Origin: an uncultured Pseudomonadales bacterium
Lineage (GTDB): Bacteria; Patescibacteriota; Microgenomatia; UBA1400; MFAQ01
Direction of reading: 5' to 3'
Assembly (NCBI GenBank): GCA_964513845.1
Contig: CAZENT010000005.1
Coordinates: 41,590-105,589, forward strand
Length of the DNA: 64,000 nucleotides
A program made the position numbers and the translations under genes. This document shows positions 60,374 to 64,000 of this stretch, one piece after another (position 1 is the stretch's first letter; each line of letters opens with the position of its first letter). Below the pieces are notes generated by a model that saw only the letters and a program-made list of their open reading frames with translations, made no database searches and was not told where the DNA came from.

Positions 60374-60742
60374 TTAAATAAGGTTAATTATTTTTGGTAA
60401 GAAAATGAAAAGCGCAACGACAATTGAGAGAGTGGCAGAGATGAGAACCATGGCGGCAGAAACATCTTTGGCAGTTTTGGCATCGGCCCTGCGCTCGAGA
60501 GTAATGAGATCAACCATAGCTTCAATGGAAGTGTTGACCATCTCAGCGACCAAAACCGTGTTGATAGTAAAAATAAGAATAAGCCATTCAAATGAACTAA
60601 CGGAGAAATAGATTCCCAAAAGAACCACCACAAAAGTGGCTAAAAGATGAAAACGAAAGTTCGGCTGGGTGCGAACGGCATAAATAAAGCCGTCAAAGGC
60701 GTGTTTGAAACTGACTCGATGGATCCTAAAAGGATTTTGCAT
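60374..60742 (-). CDS. dgkA: DgkA-family lipid kinase (diacylglycerol/undecaprenol kinase)
   Basis: FKHAFDGFIYAVRTQPNFRFHL...NTSIEAMVDLIT matches the prokaryotic DgkA family with three TM helices. Start set at the ATG at 60742, because the track start at 60793 is a TTG overlapping ftsI. Confidence 0.75.
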   Translation of the reverse strand: MQNPFRIHRVSFKHAFDGFIYAVRTQPNFRFHLLATFVVVLLGIYFSVSSFEWLILIFTINTVLVAEMVNTSIEAMVDLITLERRADAKTAKDVSAAMVLISATLSIVVALFIFLPKIINLI

Positions 60743-60764
60743 GTGATTATATTTTAGCAGTCTA

Positions 60765-62441
60765 TTAAAGCAATAGTTGTTTGGCAATGGCAAACCAAAG
60801 AGGAGCGGCTGTTTCTGAACCCCATGGAGAGGTTTTGGGCTCTCGCAGAGTTACTAGCATGGTGTACTGCGGATTATTGGCCGGATAAAAACCGACAAAG
60901 CTGGCGATTGTTTTTTCGGCATCGTAGTGACCTTCGATTGGAATTTGGGCAGTCCCCGTTTTACCTGCAACAACGAGCCCTTGAGGTTTGGCCCACTTGG
61001 CTTCTCCCATGTCGACAGCTTGAACCATAATTTGAGTAATTTCACCAACGGCTTCTTTAGAAAGAACCATTTTCCCTTTACCCACCTCATTTTCAACGAC
61101 CGTAGGCTTGATATAAAAACCACCATTAGCAATAGTGTTGACCGCGGCAACCATTTGAAGAGGGGTGACAGCAATACCTTGGCCGAACGAGTTGGTGGCT
61201 AGATCGATATCACCATAGTCTTTGGCATCGCGAATGGTTCCCGATACCTCCTCTTGCAATTGAATTTCGGTTTTCTTACCTAAACCATATTTCTTTAGAT
61301 ACTCAACAAACTTATTTTTACCTAATTTTCTCGCGACAAAAACCATACCGGTGTTGTCGGAGTTGATGATGGTTTCGGTCATGGTGGTGTTGGCATGATA
61401 GACTTCATTCCAGGTTTTGATGGCGTACTTGCCGATAACCAAAGGACGGTCACAGATATCACACTGTGTTTCGGGAGTGACAACTTTTTCATTTAATCCG
61501 GCCGCCATAATTAAAACTTTAAACACTGACCCTGGCTCAAAAAGGTCGGCTACATTGGGATTTTTGTAACTCGTGTTCGGAAACTCGGAAAAACTTGTTG
61601 GGTCGTAGTTTGGAAATGAGGCCATAGCTCTCACCTTGCCTGTTTTTGACTCAAGAATAATGACATTGCCGGCTGAGGCTTGGTATTTCTCAATGCCTTC
61701 TTTGAGCATGTTCTCGGTAAGGTACTGAATTTTCTTGCTGATGGTGGTCGTGATTGGCTTGCCCTCAATGGCATGAAGGAACTGATAGTTGCCAATCAAA
61801 ATAGGATTGCCCTTGGCGTCCTTTTCGGTTCTCACCTTGCCTCCCCGACCGCGCAAAAGACGATCTTGGTATCCTTCCAGACCAAAATAGCCCTGTTCCT
61901 CTCCAGCAGCATCCTGACCAACAAAACCCAAGAGGTGAGCGGACATACTGGCTTCAGGGTAAAAACGCACATACTCGTCTTCAAAACCTAGGCCAGCAAT
62001 TTCTAGCTTTTCGATGCGCTCTTTGGCCTCTGGAGAAAGATAATGCTTGAGAGAAACCCAGTTTGAATCAAGAGATAGTCTGTCTTTGAGATACTGGCGA
62101 ATGTCGGACTCCCCCGTTGCTTCAGGATCTTTGTCAAGATTTTCGATTAACTTTTCGATAAGATCGTTGTTGCCAATTGTCAGCTGGGGTTTGTAAACAA
62201 AAAGATGATAAAGATTTTTTGTACCGGCAAGAATATTTCCTTCGAAGTCTAGAATGTTTCCCCTTTTGGCCTCGAGATATGTAGTGGTTTCGTGCTGTCG
62301 ACTGGCTTTGGTTTGCAGTTCCGGCCCACGAATAATCTGCCAGTAAAATAATCTGGCTAGAATTACAAAACAAATTACAGGAATAAGAAAGATAACAATT
62401 TTTAGGCGCTTTTGGATAAGGTTACCCTGTGAGTTTAGCAT
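60765..62441 (-). CDS. ftsI: penicillin-binding protein (FtsI/PBP2-type transpeptidase)
   Basis: SVFK (SxxK), SDN (INSDNTGM) and KTGTA motifs, plus an N-terminal TM helix. Confidence 0.9.
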   Translation of the reverse strand: MLNSQGNLIQKRLKIVIFLIPVICFVILARLFYWQIIRGPELQTKASRQHETTTYLEAKRGNILDFEGNILAGTKNLYHLFVYKPQLTIGNNDLIEKLIENLDKDPEATGESDIRQYLKDRLSLDSNWVSLKHYLSPEAKERIEKLEIAGLGFEDEYVRFYPEASMSAHLLGFVGQDAAGEEQGYFGLEGYQDRLLRGRGGKVRTEKDAKGNPILIGNYQFLHAIEGKPITTTISKKIQYLTENMLKEGIEKYQASAGNVIILESKTGKVRAMASFPNYDPTSFSEFPNTSYKNPNVADLFEPGSVFKVLIMAAGLNEKVVTPETQCDICDRPLVIGKYAIKTWNEVYHANTTMTETIINSDNTGMVFVARKLGKNKFVEYLKKYGLGKKTEIQLQEEVSGTIRDAKDYGDIDLATNSFGQGIAVTPLQMVAAVNTIANGGFYIKPTVVENEVGKGKMVLSKEAVGEITQIMVQAVDMGEAKWAKPQGLVVAGKTGTAQIPIEGHYDAEKTIASFVGFYPANNPQYTMLVTLREPKTSPWGSETAAPLWFAIAKQLLL

Positions 62442-62444
62442 TGA

Positions 62445-62753
62445 TTATCTTTGGGCAAAGGTCGGGGCGGTAGGCACAAAGACAATGTTTTTTGATCTTA
62501 TGAACCCTCTTTCGGCGGCCAGTGCTTCAATATTTTTTAGCTGGGAGGCTTCTTCGATCTTAACAGAGATAATCTGATTTTCTTTTTCTAGTTTGAGAGT
62601 TTGAGTTTCGGCTTCACTGACAGCAATACCTTCTGTAGATAGAGCGTTGGTGCCGATTAGATTAAAGGCGGCAAGACCAACAAAAACAACCGCGGTGATA
62701 GTAAGGGCGGTTTTGTAGTTAATTATTTTTTTTAGCGAGTCTAAGTTTGGCAC
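62445..62753 (-). CDS. ftsL: FtsL-like cell division protein
   Basis: A 102-aa protein with a single TM helix followed by a coiled coil, at the ftsL position between rsmH and ftsI. Confidence 0.6.
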   Translation of the reverse strand: MPNLDSLKKIINYKTALTITAVVFVGLAAFNLIGTNALSTEGIAVSEAETQTLKLEKENQIISVKIEEASQLKNIEALAAERGFIRSKNIVFVPTAPTFAQR

Positions 62754-63654
62754 TTCTGGTTCTAGAACTGATTAATAATTCAGATGACGATGGTACGATC
62801 GGTTTTTCGTTAATAGCGCTAATTTCACCTTTGGCTTCTTCTGAGTTGAAAAAATCTTTGACTAGTTTGTCTTCACCGGAGTGGAAGCTAATAAGCCCTA
62901 GAATTCCGTCTTTTTTAAGAAGACTGGGCAACTGGGGAAGAAGCAAGTTGATGTTTTCTCTTTCCAAGTTGACGACCATACGGAGAGCCATAAAGACTTG
63001 AGTGGCTGGATGAATTCTTCCTGGACGACCTTTTTTGACTCTATAAACCAGATCGGCTAACTGTTTAGTGGTTTTGATGGGGTTTATTTGTCTTTGTTTG
63101 GCGATGACACGGGCAAGGGGTTTAGCAAAGGGTTCGTCTCCTAAAGTAAATAAATCGGCAAGCTCTCCCTCGTTGAGTACAGCAAGAAGATCAGCGGCGG
63201 TGACGCCAAGATCTTTGGTGAGTCGCATATCAAGAGGCTCGTCTGTGGCAAAACTAAAGCCACGGTCGGGTGAAAGAACTTGAAACTGGGAAGGTCCAAG
63301 GTCGACCATAATGCCGTCGAATTTGGGAAGGTCTAGTTTTTTGGCTATTTCGCCCACTTTGGTGAAATTGCTTCTGATAATGATCCATTGAAAGTCTTTT
63401 GGAGCCGGAAGAGAGATGTTTTCGGATTCGAAAACAAGAGGTGAAAACTCGGCAGGAACAAAACTAACAGCTCTTTTGATGGCTTCGGTGTCAATGTCGA
63501 AAGAAACGACTCGACATCCGGCTTCGAGAGCTTCCTGAGTATGTCCACCATCCCCGAGAGTTAAATCTAGAAAGAGATAGTCTTTCTTAAATCCATAAAG
63601 CTTGGTTAGCTCGCCTTTGTAGGCAGAAAAATGTCTTTCAATTGTGTTGGTCAT
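62719..63654 (-). CDS. rsmH: 16S rRNA (cytosine1402-N4)-methyltransferase
   Basis: LDLTLGDGGHTQ (compare DGTFGRGGHS) and a SAM-binding fold. Confidence 0.9.
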   Translation of the reverse strand: MTNTIERHFSAYKGELTKLYGFKKDYLFLDLTLGDGGHTQEALEAGCRVVSFDIDTEAIKRAVSFVPAEFSPLVFESENISLPAPKDFQWIIIRSNFTKVGEIAKKLDLPKFDGIMVDLGPSQFQVLSPDRGFSFATDEPLDMRLTKDLGVTAADLLAVLNEGELADLFTLGDEPFAKPLARVIAKQRQINPIKTTKQLADLVYRVKKGRPGRIHPATQVFMALRMVVNLERENINLLLPQLPSLLKKDGILGLISFHSGEDKLVKDFFNSEEAKGEISAINEKPIVPSSSELLISSRTRSAKLRLAKKNN

Positions 63655-64000
63655 AAGTCAATTGCGGCTAAGCCTTGGTCGGCTTGGTTAATTGTTTGCG
63701 CTATTAAGTCAAGGTGCTCGTGATAGGCGTCTCTGTCCCAGATTTCAATTCTGGTAAGGGTTCCGGCGACTACCACCTGTTTTTTTATACTGACTTGATC
63801 TCTGAGATGCTCTGGTATGAGTGTCCGACCCTGCGCGTCCAGATTCAATTCCACGGCGGACTGCACTAATAGACGCGTCAAGTTCCGAGCTCCCGGATTG
63901 GTTAGTGAGAGCGAGGCCAGCTTTTCGGAAAGCTTCTGCCAGTATGATTTGGGAAAAAGAAATAGGCAGCCATCGAGTCCCCAGGTGATTACGCCACCTG
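63651..64000 (-). CDS. mraZ: transcriptional regulator MraZ (N-terminus beyond window end)
   Basis: The minus-strand reading frame stays open to the window edge (…GGVITWGLDGCLFLFP…LNLDAQGRTLIPEHLR), consistent with the two MraZ repeats. The ATG at 63881 used in the track is internal. Confidence 0.75.
   Translation of the reverse strand, partial: GGVITWGLDGCLFLFPKSYWQKLSEKLASLSLTNPGARNLTRLLVQSAVELNLDAQGRTLIPEHLRDQVSIKKQVVVAGTLTRIEIWDRDAYHEHLDLIAQTINQADQGLAAIDL

Noticed and set aside
60743-60793. Extended dgkA N-terminus from the TTG at 60793
   Set aside because: It would overlap the ftsI C-terminus by 29 nt and adds non-conserved residues. The ATG at 60742 matches the DgkA family N-terminus.

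Overview
The window is a gene-dense stretch of low-GC bacterial chromosome. Its content looks like a reduced-genome, Patescibacteria/CPR-like organism: an RRM protein, a class-I IleS with a degenerate KMSKS (MHKSTG), several Cas4-like nucleases without any CRISPR array, and a division cluster that lacks Mur ligases. This placement is an inference from gene content only.

Most genes are housekeeping:
- At the start: a dnaE 5' fragment, MgtC, and a long minus-strand co-directional run polX-lemA-htpX-pentapeptide repeat-ABC-F-gatC-gatA-gatB.
- Then tRNA-Asp, a LysM protein, tRNA-Thr fused to tgt (with queA convergent), pyruvate kinase, HPF and a small ferredoxin.
- From 13.7 to 22.5 kb: two Cas4-like Fe-S PD-(D/E)XK nucleases, a DUF2130 protein, and a Pif1 helicase paired with a DUF45 hydrolase.
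- A roughly 10.7 kb surface-glycan island (27.2-37.9 kb) with five GT2s, a GT4, a GT-C, an O-antigen-ligase-like protein, a flippase, an acyltransferase-3, a sugar nucleotidyltransferase and a methyltransferase. It is followed by an 877-aa secreted lipase with Ig-like domains.
- tRNA-Val flanked by a 17-nt duplicate of its 3' end, then lepB, parB, and rplU-methyltransferase-rpmA, rodA and ileS.
- VanW, cupin, TspO and a dinB operon.
- A dcw cluster mraZ-rsmH-ftsL-ftsI-dgkA-mraY-ftsW-murG-ftsQ-ftsA-ftsZ-DUF4342.

I could not identify a single obviously novel multi-gene system. The strongest non-coding signal is a T-box riboswitch upstream of ileS, with a canonical antiterminator and terminator and an apparently ultrashort Stem I. 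Other candidates worth a second look are the tRNA-Val integration scar, the ABC-F/pentapeptide tandem, the methyltransferase sitting between rplU and rpmA, the dgkA homologue next to mraY, the nuclease/DUF2130 neighbourhood and a gene-less region with promoter and terminator (a possible small RNA). No CRISPR array, rRNA or recognisable mobile element was seen.
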